A DNA stretch of 62,509 nucleotides, the filler included, from Sphacelaria rigidula (taxonomy: Eukaryota), in the NCBI GenBank assembly GCA_964200075.2. It is 11 parts of 11 records of this genome, joined end to end, with 100 filler letters (N's around TTAATTAATTAA, not from the genome) between each part and the next. Parts side by side here need not be neighbours in the genome. Positions count along the whole stretch, not along the records: positions 1 to 5,592 come from CAXNAA020026031.1; positions 5,693 to 11,284 come from CAXNAA020026032.1; positions 11,385 to 16,976 come from CAXNAA020026033.1; 8 more parts are not named here. The stretch is one strand, 5' to 3'. Below the pieces are notes generated by a model. The model saw nothing but the letters and a program-made list of their open reading frames with translations. It was not told the origin of the DNA and made no database searches. Below are positions 1 to 11,738 of this stretch, one piece after another. Each line of letters opens with the position of its first letter. Positions within the stretch are counted from its first letter, which is position 1. A program made the translations under genes and the position numbers.

Positions 1-1924
1 CTGCAATGGAGGAATGGGACTTCAACCTCATTTTATGTTTCAACCCCAAAATTTAGGATCGGCTGTTATTATTGTCTCCATTATCCAGAGTGTGCAAACT
101 TTCAGGCTATAAGCACCCAAATGGCCACCAGTGTGGCGGCGAAGCCGCCCCGCGTCTTCGCTAGCGTTACCTGGCAAGGCAACGCGGCGGAGTCGCGTAA
201 ACGCTCCCCCCGGCTGCTGAGCGGGGGCCTGCCGGAGGCGCCGCCGGAGGCAAGAAAATTGCGCCATTTGGCTTCTTATCTCTTCACAATCGCGGTGAAC
301 TCTAGCCGCCGAGCGAGCAATCCGAGCACGTGATCGGTGCACAAAAATATGTAAGGGGGAAAAGGAAATATCACTCAACTTTGCGACGTGAATCCATAAA
401 ACAAGGCGGTGAGACAGCAGTGCAGGATACATGGCGTTACGCGTGTTCCACCCAAGCGTCAGGAGCTACTAGTGGCACGACAACTTGGAAACGTTAGTGA
501 GTGGGACTTCATCAGCCAAGAAAATTGACTGGAAATCTTGACTCTTCTTCATGCTTCGGTATCACATTGACCAACCACCACTGAACGCTTAACGCTTGAT
601 GCCGACGGGATAAAGTTGAGCACACGCAACAACGCTATGAAACGCAGTCTTGCTTCATATTTCAGATCCACTCAAATCAACAACTCTGCCCGTGCCCAAT
701 CTCTATTCTTTTTTGTATCAGAAGATGTTGTCTGCGTTATTCGTGTCCACGTCTTCTAGGTGCGTGTGCGCTGTGCGGTCATGTACTCGCCTCTGTAAGA
801 GCGTCCCCGCCACGGCTATGGTAGTACGGTGGAGAAACGTTGATATGAGTATGGAACATGTGTACAGAGAACACTTCGGAGTATGGAACATATGTCGGAT
901 GAAATCACTGGTTCAACTGGTTACAAAACCGATAAGTTAAGATTTGTACCACCTAACTGTAACTGGTCGGTTAAACTGGCAGCCAGTTCACAACTCTAGG
1001 TGACTCAGATTTTAAAAAAGTGAAGTCAGATTTGCGGAGGCCTCATAATATATACGATTCCATAGATTTGTCGAAATGTTTATTATGTTGATGAGAGACA
1101 TTTTTCTCTGAAGGGGTAGACCGTCGCCTACAAGTGAAGCCGAAGAACAGGCGGATAATGAATAATCGTTCAAGGACAATGTCGTGCCGCGGTAATCTGG
1201 GGTAGTACAACAACAGTAGTGCAGTTCACCCCATCATCACAGCTCACGGTGAAATCGTGCGGAAGTATGATCATCATAATACTGGAGATAGAATCACAAA
1301 AACAACATATAATTGCGAGCTTGAGTGCGATACCGACATCGTCCCTGAAATACGCAGCGACATTGGACCGATCAGACGGATAGTAGTACACAGTAGTCCA
1401 TGTTACCATCGCCGCAGCGAACAGTTCAACTGCTGTTCGGTTCAGGTGCCTTCGCATTGAGGACTGAGCAGGTGGTGATGCCTATGCAACAATACCCCCG
1501 AAGTACTAGCTCGAACGTTCAATTATTTAATTTAGTGCCAGTAAGCGAAATAACTTTTCTCCAGAGTGCGGAATAATATCGTCACCTGAAAAACTGTTGT
1601 AAAAAGTCCGACTCCAGTTCTGAGGGGGTAAAGTATACAACACTACACTACAGTCCATTTTTTCACTTACTTGTAGTGTTTGTGAGTTTTTCACTCTGGG
1701 TCTATTTTATTTTATTTTGGTTTCTTCTGCTAGCCTGTGACCACGGAAGGCGTCCGCATAATAAGATGCCCACTATCAATGTACCGCGCAGACATCGGAA
1801 CGGTTTTTGATGTGAAGACAACAACAACAACAACAACAACAACAGTGCAGATAAGAGATGACATTTACGGAGTAGTACGTGGATATATTTCAGAGCCGAT
1901 TTTGAACCTGTCCGATGGATCTCA

Positions 1925-2047
1925 CTACAACAGGTACTTCTGATCTTGTGAACTGAACGGGATTTCTTCCATGAGAAGTAGTAGATAGATGCCAAGTGCG
2001 CGGGCAGCGAGTGAGCGCAAATCCAATGGGATATTAGAATAAAATCT
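1925..2047 (-). CDS. HSF-type transcription factor, candidate terminal exon 4
   Basis: Acceptor CAACAG| in phase 0. Reads RFYSNIPLDLRSLAARALG...KYLL* ending at TAG. Only weak resemblance to the end of the HSF domain. Confidence 0.4.
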   Translation of the reverse strand, partial: RFYSNIPLDLRSLAARALGIYLLLLMEEIPFSSQDQKYLL

Positions 2048-2163
2048 CTGTTGCAGAAAACCGAGAGGACAACGTCTATATTATTCTTCCACAATTCTAT
2101 ATTATTTTGAAGTGCAGCGATCGTACTTACTTTCGAGTAGTCATTCTTTTTCTTCTGGCTGAC

Positions 2164-2232
2164 CTGCAGTGCGGGGCCTTCGTTCGACCCCCTGCGGCAC
2201 CCTGATACTTTGCGAAACCCGAAGTAGTTTAG
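2164..2232 (-). CDS. HSF-type transcription factor, exon 3
   Basis: Acceptor CTGCAG|. Reads LNYFGFRKVSGCRRGSNEGPALQ, completing SFLRQ-LNYFGFRK. Donor CAG|GTCAGC. Too short for the ORF track. Confidence 0.9.
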
Positions 2233-2853
2233 CTGCAGATGGACAGCAACGGAGGAAAAGGTGAAATTAAGAGGTTATTTGTATGTGCGCCTTTACATTT
2301 ATTCTGGGATCAAGGGCTCTACAAACAACAGTAGTAAATACATCAGCTGTATGAAACCATAAGACCGCCTAGATGACACGTGTCCCTCTCATAGATTTAT
2401 GACTCCATCATCAAACCTTTCATTTTCGGTGTCCGAAAAGCACAGCAGTGGTGCAGATTACATTTTATTTGTAGCCGCGCACTAGATTGGAATCGTAACC
2501 GGTCACAAGGCTAGCGAGACGACGTTAGCTCACCACTTGGTAGGCGTGGAACTTTCCCACCAAGTGGTGAACGCTGCTGAGCGAGAAACTGAACGTCAGA
2601 AAAGAAAAAAGTATCAACCCTTTGACCGCCATCCCGGACATACTTCTGATTTTATTCAAGTGAAAAAGAATGATTCAGCGGATGACCGTCAAAGGTTGAG
2701 CAGGATGAGAGCAGCCGCTGAAATTAATTCCACATAGACATGGACCGCTTCAACCGCAACATCAGCGGCTGTGGAGGCCACCTTTACACAAAAACTATAC
2801 TTGTTTTTCACCAGTCGTGTCAAGGTACCGAGCTTCGTCGGAGCATCACCTAC

Positions 2854-2945
2854 CTGGCGTAAGAAGGATGCAATGGACTTTTGTTTGAAGTAGCGGCCGA
2901 GCATCTCCTCCTCCAGTCGCACAGCATCAACGATCACCAGCTTCC
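2854..2945 (-). CDS. HSF-type transcription factor, exon 2
   Basis: Acceptor CACAG|, phase-compatible with exon 1. Reads GKLVIVDAVRLEEEMLGRYFKQKSIASFLRQ (HSF L..YFK....SF.RQ motif). Donor CAG|GTAGGT. Confidence 0.9.
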
Positions 2946-3590
2946 CTGTGCTTTCAGAAAAAAATAACGATTACAGAGTGTAGGGGGAAGGGCAGGCGGG
3001 AAAAATGTGCATGGAGGTTTACTGTCTGTACGGCAGTCTCCAGGTATGGTGTAATAAAGACCCACCGAAAAAAACCCCTGCAACTCCTTGACCACGAAGA
3101 GTTTGGGATTTTGCTGCGGGAAAAAACGTACCCAAAAAACAATCGATTCAGATGGGGTGCATTGGCATACAGCGGACTCGAATAAATCGCTTTGCGGTGC
3201 AACGAGACCAAATAATCAGATCAAGATGTCGCCTGCAACGCACGACAGGAAAACGCACAGAGCTCGCTCAGAGCGTGGTCCACGACGGGGCAGGATGCTT
3301 GCCTCTGTTTATTGCCCATGTAGGAAAGGCAAATCCTCACTGTTTTCATCAAAAGGCATGCATGATCGATACTAGATGGATATGTCGTGCAACGTGTATG
3401 TACAGGAAGCTCGGAAGGCAAGCGAAATTCTGTTTCGGGGCTATCGTGGGTGCACAACGCTCAAACGAGATCTGAGGAAGTCGTGGTAATAAGGCTTGCT
3501 GTCCGATGAACTGCTCTCTCTCTCATGTATGTGTGCATGGGCGGATTTCGATGCAACCATGAATATGCATGACACACGCCACCCACTTAC

Positions 3591-3798
3591 CGTCATGGTA
3601 CGTCAGGGCACGCGTTCCTCTCTTCCGCACAAGCCGCAGCAGGCCGTTGAGGAACGACGGGGGGCGATGTGCACCTCTTTTCTGCTCAGCCCCAGAAGAA
3701 GCCTCTCGCGATTTCGATTTCGGTGGAGATCCCACCCCTGAGGCCTTCTTTGGATGCGCGCACGAGGATACCGGATCGCGGTCGCCCGTAGGTTTCAT
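3591..3798 (-). CDS. HSF-type DNA-binding-domain transcription factor, exon 1
   Basis: ATG at 3798. Translates MKPTG...PPSFLNGLLRLVRKRGTRALTYHD-G, matching HSF helix 1 and strand 1 (P-x-FL...I-x-W..DG). Ends at phase-1 donor G|GTAAGT. Confidence 0.8.
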
Positions 3799-3963
3799 GG
3801 TGGGTGGTAAACTCTATACTGACCACTACTATAGTTATCTCCTTCACATTCACTGTGCCAGGCAGTCCTCGCCCTCTGCCAGTTCGTATGTGTAATAGCT
3901 GCGGGGCGAGACGGGAAAATGGCTGAGGAGTTTCTTCTTTGAAGCGTGGTTGTCTCATGAACA

Positions 3964-3997
<34 letters not shown>

Positions 3998-4430
3998 GAT
4001 TATTCTCAGCAGCAAAAACGCCTCTCTAAAAGAGCAAAACGTCTCTACCCAATCATGTTTCTGTTTCGAAGCCGTTCATTTCGTGCCGCGCTTTTCTTGG
4101 CTTCATGGTTGCGGATCATGGGGCAGGGATGACTGCATGATGATGGCGGGAAGCCTTGCTCTTACATTTCTGAATCCTTGGCGGGCCCCAGTCCGTCTGT
4201 TCCAAGCATCCGGCCTCTGGCAGCTCGGCAAAATTTGAGGGGATAGCCGTGGGGTAGGCGAGTAGATGGGCCGTGTGTGGGTGCTAAGCGAAGTGCTCGA
4301 GTTGAGACCTTTGCCCAGTGAAATTGCAGCATAGCCTTGTTGAGCATGTGTTCGGCTTTTCTCGGCTACATGTTGAGAACGCGAAAAAATGCCCAACACC
4401 CGTCACACGCCGTTCAAGTTGTCAGCAACG

Positions 4431-4858
4431 AACAGCCGATCATCGAAATTGAGAATTGAGCTTTTTACTAAGGATGAGATCGCGGAAGATTAAAATCTTC
4501 TTATCCACACCAAATCTTCGAAATATGATTCCGTTCCTTCACCTGCTGATAGCTATTGACAAGTACTACATGTCATAAAAATTGGGTCCTGATAACCGAC
4601 ATGTTGGGGTCCTGGATGAAGAAAAAACTTTGGGAATTTAGGTGATCCGATCTAGGCCCCCAGCATTTCCGTTGTTGGAATCTAAATTTGTATGACTGAC
4701 GTGTAGCACTTGTCAATAGCCATCAGTAGTAGGTGAAGGAATTGAACCATATTTCGAAGATTGGGAAGATTCGGGTGGACAAGAGTACGAAGATTTTAAT
4801 CCTCCGGGTTCTCATCCTCAAGGAAGAGCTCCATCCTCAATTTCGATGATCGGCTGTT
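4431..4858. mobile_element. MITE / foldback element, family A (long imperfect TIRs)
   Basis: Ends AACAGCCGATCATCGAAATTGAG ... CTCAATTTCGATGATCGGCTGTT. Internal inverted blocks (CTATTGACAAGT / ACTTGTCAATAG). A related copy lies at 22769-23110. Confidence 0.85.
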
Positions 4859-5592
4859 GACAGCCGTGTATTTTTTATTTTTTTATTTTTCGGATACGGG
4901 TACCGCAGGTGTCACGTGGTCACGGCTGGATTCCTGGGGGGTCAGTCAAAGTGCGACAATTAATCACTCAATCAGATCAATCAGAATATCACAAGTACCA
5001 ACATGCTGTTCTGGCGCTTATCGTCATGCATCATATACACTGTGCAAGATGAAAAGTCGTTATTAGCGGGGCTGTTTTTACAGGCCGTTCCGACTTTAAC
5101 GGGGACAAAAAAACTTCCACGACGAAAAACGTGACAACAGATTTCTCGATCAGGTCAAGAGATAGTGCAACCCAAGACTCTTTTTTTTCGCACTTTGACT
5201 GACCCCCCAGGGGTCCAGCCGTGGTCAGATGACAGACGTACCCAGGAAAAACAAAATTGAAGAACTCGCTGAAGAAAGAAGGAATAGAAAAAGTTGAACA
5301 GAACGACATAGTACACTAAGAATTGAGAAAAAAAAAAGAATTAAAATCAACAAAAACGAAGCACAGGAAGAAATGGCCGATTCAAAGATTGAGTGGATGC
5401 TACTCGGAAAGTCTAGCGTTGGATTTCGTTTTGGGCATCTTTTCTTTCCAGGATTCGAAAATTTTTCCGAAATTGTGAAAAAAATCCTGGAAAAAATCCT
5501 GGAAAAAATCCTGTCTATAACTACTCTCAGACGGAGTCATCCTACGATAGGGGGGGGGGTATTTTGGGCCATTTGTTGCTCGAAATTTCGAG

Positions 5593-5692
5593 NNNNNNNN
5601 NNNNNNNNNNNNNNNNNNNNNNNNNNNNNNNNNNNNTTAATTAATTAANNNNNNNNNNNNNNNNNNNNNNNNNNNNNNNNNNNNNNNNNNNN
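5593..5692. other. Artificial contig-joining spacer (N44-TTAATTAATTAA-N44). Identical spacers at 11285-11384, 16977-17076, 22669-22768, 28361-28460, 34053-34152, 39745-39844, 45437-45536, 51128-51227, 56819-56918
   Basis: Ten identical 100-nt blocks with a six-frame-stop linker separate segments of 5592 or 5591 bp, as expected for size-sorted contigs that were concatenated. Confidence 0.99.
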
Positions 5693-8573
5693 TCGCAATC
5701 AACCACCAAGCGCGAAGCGCCATGGTGTGTTCGGCAAGTCGCATAAAGGTTGAGCTGCATCCTGCTCAGATTGTTGAGCCCGAAGCCTACTGATCATCTT
5801 GCACACGGGTGACGGCCTCCGATAAGTTGCTCCACTTCCTGGTATCGCCACTTCCAGAGACAGCCCCGGCTTATACGCTGGTACATGGTGTCTACTGATA
5901 CGGTTGTAATAACACGCGAACAACGCTGTTGGCGTGCGCATATGCAGTGAGATGATACGCAGTGAAAAATCGGGTCGTTTGAGAGTCTCGGAAGATACTT
6001 CTCCTCATCATAAGAGTCAGAGTGCAGAGTGGAAGCGTTGAAACTTCAGAGTGGACGCTAAAAAGTTCATATCGGAAGCTGATGTGACGTGGCCTGACGT
6101 GAATTTTTCTTGTCGCAGTGATTGGCCGCAGGGTGTGCCGCCGAGTGTGCAGTTGACCAGCATCCAGTCCGAAAATGCACAGGTCAGCACAGTACTGACT
6201 GTACCATACCCTGCGGCACCGTACGTACCGTACACTACGCTTCATTGCACCTGCAGTACTTCAATCCACCACGGCGTACCACAGGGCACGGTAGTGCTGT
6301 AGTGCTATGCAGGGTAGAGTACAGCCAGTGCAGTACATTGCGACACCACGAAGTACAGTGATACCGTACAGACCGTCAGTTGTACAGTAGTACAGTACAA
6401 CAGTACGCAGCACTTTCAAACAACCGACGAGGCCATACCGTGATGATTTCCCAACATGCCACCCATAACGGTGATACAGAAAGTGATGACCTCCAACGAA
6501 ATGGCGATGTCACCAGGTGTAGTACTGCTTGTGCGTTGTAGACTACGGATCGTTCATACCGTCTTCTTATAGCTGAAGCTGGCAAAAATGAGGAACTGCA
6601 CCCAAGGCAACTGCGTGTATCCGCCGAGCATTTGAATTTTTACTCAGCGCAACCAAGCGAATGCTGATACCGTGGCAGCGTCAGGGAGGTCTTCTGATTG
6701 CGATGCCAAGCGTTTCTACTTGGTGAATGATCCATTGTAATGAGCATGACAGTTGTGATGGCTGTCCCACTTTGCTTGTTAGGATATACTGATTTTGAAC
6801 TGGCTGTGATCATGGTGGTGAAGGCGGGCGTTCTTCTTCGTTCCGCTATGAACTATGAAGAGGCGCAACGGTTTTCAGAGTGAAAAGGCGCAAACGGCAC
6901 TCTCACTCTGAAAAAATCGCTCTGAGAAATACTTCATAGCGAAAAGTGCACCGCTACCGACTATTTTTCCTTCCACTCTGACTCCAAGATAGGAAAAACG
7001 TTCTCCAAAACTCTCTACTGAGGCTTATTTGTTCCTGACACTTCCCAAATAATCAACTAATCATGACTAATTGATGCAATGAGTTATCATGTGCAATTAA
7101 TAAAATTCAAAAGTTCATCATTCGACCAAAGCTTGGAGAGGTAATCAAGTACCAAGTCGACCCATGCTTTGAATTCGTGTACAACTCCAGTCCAGATCGG
7201 AGCCCAGATCTGCACACAAGTTCAGGAATGCGCTGTTCTGAATGTCGTCGTTCAATACATCTATACTGCTGCAGACCGCCCGTCGTATGTCTGCCGGCGC
7301 AGGTAAATAAAAGAATCTGCTGGCAGAGTAGAATCAATTCCACAGGACATTTGTGCAGACCCGCCGGTTCGACCAACACCATTTTCATGCACCGGCGCAC
7401 AACAGAATCGGGATGAAACTTACAACTCAGGAAGCAGAGGTTGCCTACGGCACACCACAGATAAAGCATGAAAATAAACATATCCAACAATACAAAATGA
7501 AACCCTGTTGTTTACTCAACACCACCCTTTCCCGAAATGGAAACTGCGTCATCCAGGAGCTTCCTGCGAGGGCGTATCGAGCGACGCAGTACGGTGAGCA
7601 ATCGTGGTTCGTGTAGTATGTACGTCATCATCACCCGTAATTCATGCCAAAACGTTGGTACGGACATATCCGTCCGCGTTGATCTTGATTTCAGAGTGGT
7701 ATACGGAAGGATATCAATCGATAGACAGTACAGTGCAGTGGTGCATTACCGCACATAGCCGGACTAAAGCGCACGGAAAAGATTGGCGTGAAACAAAGAT
7801 CACGGTGTATATTTTGGCGCCGGCTTAGCGCTAGGCGTGATGCGCTTGTGCTGTGGGTATCTGCGTATGTTTGCTCGGGCTGTAGTGTGCAGATGTGCTG
7901 CATCAATGTGTTTCTGTCACGGCCATTGAGCGAGATGAGTGCCGGCAGAAGGAGTAACTACCGTTGGATTTCATTGCTAGCAAACCGTGTATTTGTTTTC
8001 CGCGTCTCTCTCGATTCAGTCATGTGTTCTGTCACCGCGTCAGACGGCGTGTTTTGGTATAAACTACTCCAAAATGTTTTAAATTGTCTTGAATAATGAA
8101 GAGTGATTTTCTTCTTCACTGATATGTTGTTCAGAGTATGGGGCGGAAAGACATTTACGCTGTTAATATATAAGATTAACATGCAGGAATATATCCCCGA
8201 AATATGTGCCTGGAAAATTCTGGGCGAAGATAAGAGTTCATGACATTTTCTGATTGCACGTGATTTTACGAACACCACACCCTGGGCAATAGATTACATA
8301 GTCAAAAAGTGTACTGCGTGCAGTATCGACTGTTGCGTCTATTGCAACAGACAAGAGATTATATACTGTACCCAGTACACTTTCTGACAATGGAATCGGC
8401 TGTCCAGTGTGTGATGGATACTGCAGCGTTTCAAGGCAAGAAACATGAAGGTATAGGTTTTCTACGCTGAAGCTAAGCAATAATCTTGGAGATGAGCTGC
8501 GCAACACATTAGCGAGGGTTACCGAGCGTTATCTATGCGAAAAACAGTAAGAGAGGGGAAACAAAGAACTCAC

Positions 8574-8720
8574 AAAGGAATCTCTGACGATAGCGTTGTA
8601 CTGGTCGGGGTCGTCGTGCACCAGAGAATTAGCCCTGCGGAAGGGTGAGGTGGGCGCGGATAAAACGGCAGCCATCACGATCGCCTCGGCTAGAACGCCC
8701 AACCGAGCTCCCAATGCGAC
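8574..8720 (-). CDS. DEAH-box RNA helicase, HA2 domain, internal exon B
   Basis: Reads VALGARLGVLAEAIVMAAVLSAPTSPFRRANSLVHDDPDQYNAIVRDSF (G...E....AA.LS...PF). Flanked by CAG| and |GTGAGT. Splices in phase 0 to exon A. Confidence 0.85.
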
Positions 8721-9309
8721 CTGCTCACGAAGGCAACAGCGTCCAGGTACAACGTGTGCGTCAGTCAAACAAGAGCACGCGCTGTGGGTCGGCTACCGAC
8801 CGCGTAACTTCCGCACATACGCCAGACTAAAACGAAACAGAACAGAACAGATCAGACATGAAATCAGGCGTGGACAGAATGGTCAATACCTGGTACCAAC
8901 GGTTCATGCTCGGCATGAGGAATCATTGGGGCCGCTTTTTTTGGTTCGTTTTTTGCCGGAGATACCACTGTTGTGTTTGTCCCGAACTAAATGAACTGCA
9001 TCGTCTCAACATTACATGATCTGTGATGTGCAAAAACACCGACAACTTTACGCCGTTTGCCATACAACACCCATGGGAATACATGTTTGAGGTACGAAAA
9101 TTCGTCACCCGGGGATATTATTCAAGGGGTGGTATATAACGTACACAAATATAGGGCGGTCGATACCGATATGATGGGAAAACAGCCGAGACCTCAACAC
9201 CGGGGGGGGAAAGGTGTATACTCATTCACTGCTTGTCTTCGTCACTTCACCAACGACCATTCATCCCCTTCAGACGGAGCACCGTTTCCTGTTCCTAACA
9301 GAGACACCT

Positions 9310-9572
9310 TCAACATTTGGACGCTCATTACGTGTCTTCCATACATGACACAATACCTGTTACATATCTTACCCCCTCAGTGTTTCGCCGTCTGTGGCCA
9401 CCATTTATCTCCTAGAATAGCGATTGTTTTCTCGCTACTGTCTAATGTACCAAAAGCTATCATGCCATCTTCGCTTCCTTCCCACACTTCCCTCTCCAAC
9501 ACGTGCCGTTCCTCCTTGTGTAGTTCACGTTCTGCCACTCTATAAGTTATTTTCTCCATTACTTTGCCATAG
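9310..9572 (-). mobile_element. Non-LTR retrotransposon ORF C-terminal remnant inside the helicase intron
   Basis: Reads ...ERELHKEERHVLEREVWEGSEDGMIAFGTLDSSEKTIAILGDKWWPQTAK, a peptide I recall from brown-algal LINE 3' ends. Not verified by search. Confidence 0.55.
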
Positions 9573-9679
9573 AGGGAATTTGGGGCGGGCGGGCGGGCGG
9601 GGGGGGAGGGGGGGGGAGGGGGGGGAGGACACTCATGATCTTGCATGCCATAGTCATAAGACCATTAACCTCTTATTCC

Positions 9680-10190
9680 TACAAAGTGGGAGCACGCCGG
9701 GTTTTCGCCTGACTAGGCTTGCACTCAACCACCAAGCGCTAAGCGCCGTGATGTGTACGGCGAATCGCATGAAGGGTGAGCTGCATCCTGCCAAGATTGT
9801 TCGGCTCGAAGCCTACTGCTTATCTTGCACATGGATGACAACCTTCAATGACTTGCTTAATTTTCTGGTATCGCCAGTTCAAGAGACAGTCACGGGTTAC
9901 ACTGCATGATGGGTATTTCACCATTGAAGCAGTACGTAGTATGATCATCCCCTTTGAGCGGAGTTGACGTTCTCCCACCCCGCGCAATATGGTATATCTC
10001 GACCACTATCACGGTTACGGCATAAACACGCGAGCGAAAAAAGGAACGATAACCTGGTTGCCAAGCGTGTGCAGTGAGTGGCGTGGTTCTCAGCGTCGGT
10101 GCCAACCAACGCCGACTCTCAACGGGGAACGGGAGGGTGGGGGGGGGGGGGGATTCATGGAAGGCGTGTTGCACTGGGTCGCATGAAACA
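9680..10190 (+). repeat. Interspersed repeat family (CAACCACCAAGCGC.AAGCGCC.TG.TGTGT...)
   Basis: Direct similarity to 5699-5882(+) and reverse-complement similarity to about 37270-37620. No coding capacity evident. Confidence 0.8.
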
Positions 10191-10889
10191 TGACAAAAAT
10201 TGACATGTCGTGAGTGCGCTAGCTTCCGCAGGGTACCTATGGCGTGAAAGTATGATGCGGGTCCGTCGAAACGGGAATGCGGGGTCCGCCTCAAAAGGGC
10301 CCCATGTATCCAAGGGCGGGTCTCGTAAGTTTCTCATCGACCTTCACGTACGAACAAAACTACTTTACCGGAGCTTCACGAGGAACACATCCCCGGGCCC
10401 TTTTAGACAAGGCGTATGTTCCGAAAACATCACTACATGTAAACCGCATTCATCAGGCGACTTCCCTTCCCCTCTCAACCCAAAAATGTCATCCTGAGTC
10501 TTGGAGATCACGTCGATCCTAAGGACAAATTGAAATGAACACAACTTGTGAAGTATATTTGATTTCCCGATGGTGGCGAGTTCTTGTCGTAACCGTCGAC
10601 GTATCAGCCACATGAATCGGGCAAATACATCACACTAACAGAGTACCCTTCTCGAGACACACGGAATCCATTTTTTACCCACCAATCTTCACTGAAAAAA
10701 ATCCTATTTACCGATGATCCCTTTCGGAATGGCTACTGCGTATTTGATCAAAGTGCATTCGAGGATGAGTACTGTATACATTTCTGGGGAAAACATCGAC
10801 AAATACATGGTGACACCAACACATCATCGGGGTGGCCACGGCCGCCTACTGACAGTACCCAATACACAATGTCTTCACCACAAACTTAC

Positions 10890-11045
10890 CATGCGTCCTA
10901 ACTGTAAGTCCACCCCCAAACCGCTGGCAAATCGACCGGTCTCAGTGAGGGTGCTTCCATCATTCGGCTCGGTGATGAATCCCATTGAATGCAGAGATTC
11001 GAAGCTCCGGGCCACGGAAGTCGTGTCTGGCGGCTCCATCGTACT
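10890..11045 (-). CDS. DEAH-box RNA helicase, HA2 domain, internal exon A
   Basis: Reads STMEPPDTTSVARSFESLHSMGFITEPNDGSTLTETGRFASGLGVDLQLGRM (HA2 consensus EPP...V..A...L...G......LT..G.....L.D..LG.M). Flanked by CAG| and |GTAAGT. Confidence 0.88.
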
Positions 11046-11384
11046 CTGGATTTTCGAGTCAAGCATTGAAGTGTTCACGGAGACGGTCGTGCGCAGGGGG
11101 GGTGGCGAAGATTTGTGCAGTCGACCAAGTGGGCTGATGACTCCTTGCGTAGCCACAAAAAAGTGGCATATGTTTACTACACACAAAAATCTCCCTACAG
11201 CATGGGGCATGGGGGGGGAGGAGTAAGTATTTTATGCTTAGCATAAGGGTGTAGCGAGTGAGGTGGGAATCAGTTGGAGAGAGANNNNNNNNNNNNNNNN
11301 NNNNNNNNNNNNNNNNNNNNNNNNNNNNTTAATTAATTAANNNNNNNNNNNNNNNNNNNNNNNNNNNNNNNNNNNNNNNNNNNN

Positions 11385-11738
11385 GTTGCCCCCCCAACAG
11401 AAATCCCGGCAGCATATCCCCGCTACATTCTCCTCGCGCGGCAGACCATCGGCGACTGCGTCGGCGGGAGCCGCCAGCCAACGACGGTGGGCGCTCGCCG
11501 GCGACCGGTGTGCCGTCGCTGGTGATCCCCGGCGATGGTTCATCGCCGAAGTGGCATCACGATTAGACCGCGCCGCGTCCCTCCTCTCATCCGCCGCCAT
11601 ACAGCCGGGCACGCAGGGGGTGCACCGCTCCTGCTGCTGGAGCTGGCAACCGCTCCAATCCTTCCCACCTGCGCTCCACGGCGCACACGGTAGGAGCAGA
11701 AGCAGCACGAGTAAGATTGGGGGCGGGGGATGGATCAT
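11385..11738 (-). CDS. Possible first exon of a secreted or membrane protein, truncated by the contig end
   Basis: GC-rich ORF starting MIHPPPPILLVLLLLLPCAPWSAG, a signal-peptide-like hydrophobic stretch. No recognisable domain. Confidence 0.3.

Noticed and set aside
5637..5648. Regularly spaced TTAATTAATTAA motif as a CRISPR-like or biological repeat
   Set aside because: It is embedded in N runs at a fixed period and is a synthetic six-frame-stop linker.
6180..6410. Structured repeat array of CAGTA/TACTG units (also about 34240-34560)
   Set aside because: Degenerate pentanucleotide low-complexity DNA with no constant repeat-spacer period.
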